A stretch of 64,000 nt of DNA, from the NCBI GenBank assembly GCA_965644265.1, contig OZ286467.1, positions 45,756,001 through 45,820,000 of the forward strand, read 5' to 3'. Under the pieces are notes generated by a model, which searched no databases, was not told where the DNA came from, and saw only the letters and a list, made by a program, of their open reading frames with translations. The first letter of the stretch is position 1. The number at the start of each line of letters is the position of its first letter. The stretch is from Glycera tridactyla (taxonomy: Eukaryota). Below are positions 62,346 through 64,000 of this stretch, one piece after another. A program made the position numbers and the translations under genes.

Positions 62346-64000
62346 ATGTCAGAAATTCTGGTTACTCATTATCCGATGTTGAGGGCTCGTGAGAGTGACG
62401 CCTGCAGGACACAGCGCATGCAATTTTGATAGATCAGGCAGACACAGCATGCATTACCATGTTGGTTGATACACACCATTAAATCAAAACCCAACCAAAC
62501 AAAACTGACACCACCACCAATATCACCACCACTACCACCACCACCATGCACCAAAATCAATTAGACTGGGTGGTGTTTTCAGTCTAAGCAATTTGTTCTC
62601 TTCACCGGAAATATGAATTTCTCTCATTTTTATTATTCTTTGTGACCCTTTCCCAACATCGCCAATGTGCCACGATTCTGACACCAAACGAGAAGCCATT
62701 GATATAGATAAGCTGCTGAGGGGGATTTGGGGGTGAATCGACCCCAACTTGAAGAATGAGAACTCAGACACTATTTTCCCGTTGGATTGACGTCACTCTG
62801 ATTTTTGTTGCCATTTCCAAGTGGAATATATGTCAATGTTTTGTATGGAATATGAATTATTTGTTCAACTTTGACCTTTGATGGGCTCTTTGGCTATTCG
62901 CAAAAATTGCTAGTGTGGGAGAAATGCTGTTATTTGTGGTTGTTTTGATTTGCGTACCTACATGTGCATGAGAACTATAGAACCTTCATGTTATCAAACG
63001 ACTACGCTTTATGATGTATTCATGCCTCCTGGTGTATAAGAACTATACAGCTACCTCATGTAATCCATAACTTGTTAACGTAGTCATACTTCCCGATGTA
63101 TGGAAACTATACTAGCTTTATAACATAGATGCGTACCCTTTAATACGATATGTAGTATTGTCATGCTGTTTCTTATCTACAACATCCAAGATTTATCTTG
63201 ATAACACAGAGGCGTATTCTCTGGTTCGTGAAATCTATAGTATTTCCATGTCTATATCGATTTTATCTAGGGTAAATGTTCATAGAACGCCAATGTTCAG
63301 GTGATTTCAAGGGAGTAGTTTGATTGATATGAACCTGCCCCTGCAGTATCAGTTGCAGTGTGGTGAGAGTTGTAGTGTGGTGAACCCTGGCCCTGCTGTT
63401 TACCTGCATGCCACATCAAAGCGCCCTCTACAGCTGCCAGGTCAGCAGCAGCCTCTCCCCGGCAGCAGACAGCTCCTCTTTAACGCATCATTACCTGTTT
63501 GTTTTGAATGGTGATCAACACCTACTTTAAAACTACTCTCATTCCTAGCAGTCGCAATTTCTCCAGTAGCCTCAGATATCAAATCGGGGAAAAAAGATTT
63601 CGAATATCTAATCGCGGTCAATCTATTCTCTATTTATTCTCAGTCAAACTGATCACAGAAGCCATTCGCCGATGAAGAGACTCGGATGGGTGCCAAAAGC
63701 TTCGTTTCTCCAACTCGACTGTGATTAAACTGAGCTCCACAAATATCCCAATAATGTCGACTCTTCAAATAGTGAAATGACTGTACTCACCTATCCTATT
63801 CTGTCGCATTAGGGATTATGAATTCAGTATCCGGTAGGTTACAAGGGAATGAACTGACATAGTTCCATACTTAACAGTACCTATTTTCATTGAATCGAAT
63901 CAGGCTATAATATGATGAGTGATTGCATATCACACCCATGGATCCCACTACATTCACTATGAACAAATATGGATCTCAAACTTTCATTAGAGATGATTTA

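Overview
Animal (invertebrate-type) genomic DNA, rich in microsatellites, with more than 20 N gaps that mostly abut simple repeats. The species cannot be determined from the sequence. The host genes I can support are two tandem, same-strand (+) choline/ethanolamine kinase-like paralogs, which I reconstructed by hand from splice signals and translation because the ORF track mostly misses them. Paralog A has its last 4 exons at 468-12345; its 5' part lies outside the window. Paralog B has 9 exons at 16698-27439 (about 346 aa); its first coding exon is tentative. Both keep the catalytic HxDxxxxN/DxE residues where visible but have replaced the family's N-H-x-x-E substrate-pocket motif. A structurally complete but frameshifted DIRS1-type tyrosine-recombinase retrotransposon (about 2736-9986, minus strand; gag, RT-RNaseH-methyltransferase-like domain, recombinase, inverted terminal repeats and internal complementary region) sits antisense in an intron of paralog A. 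The rest of the window holds CR1/L2/RTE non-LTR remnants, SINEs, a TA-flanked MITE family, a Helentron-like non-autonomous element, a degenerate hammerhead ribozyme-like motif, two TATA+Inr core-promoter candidates and a few unexplained exon/ORF-like segments. No rRNA, tRNA genes or CRISPR arrays were found.
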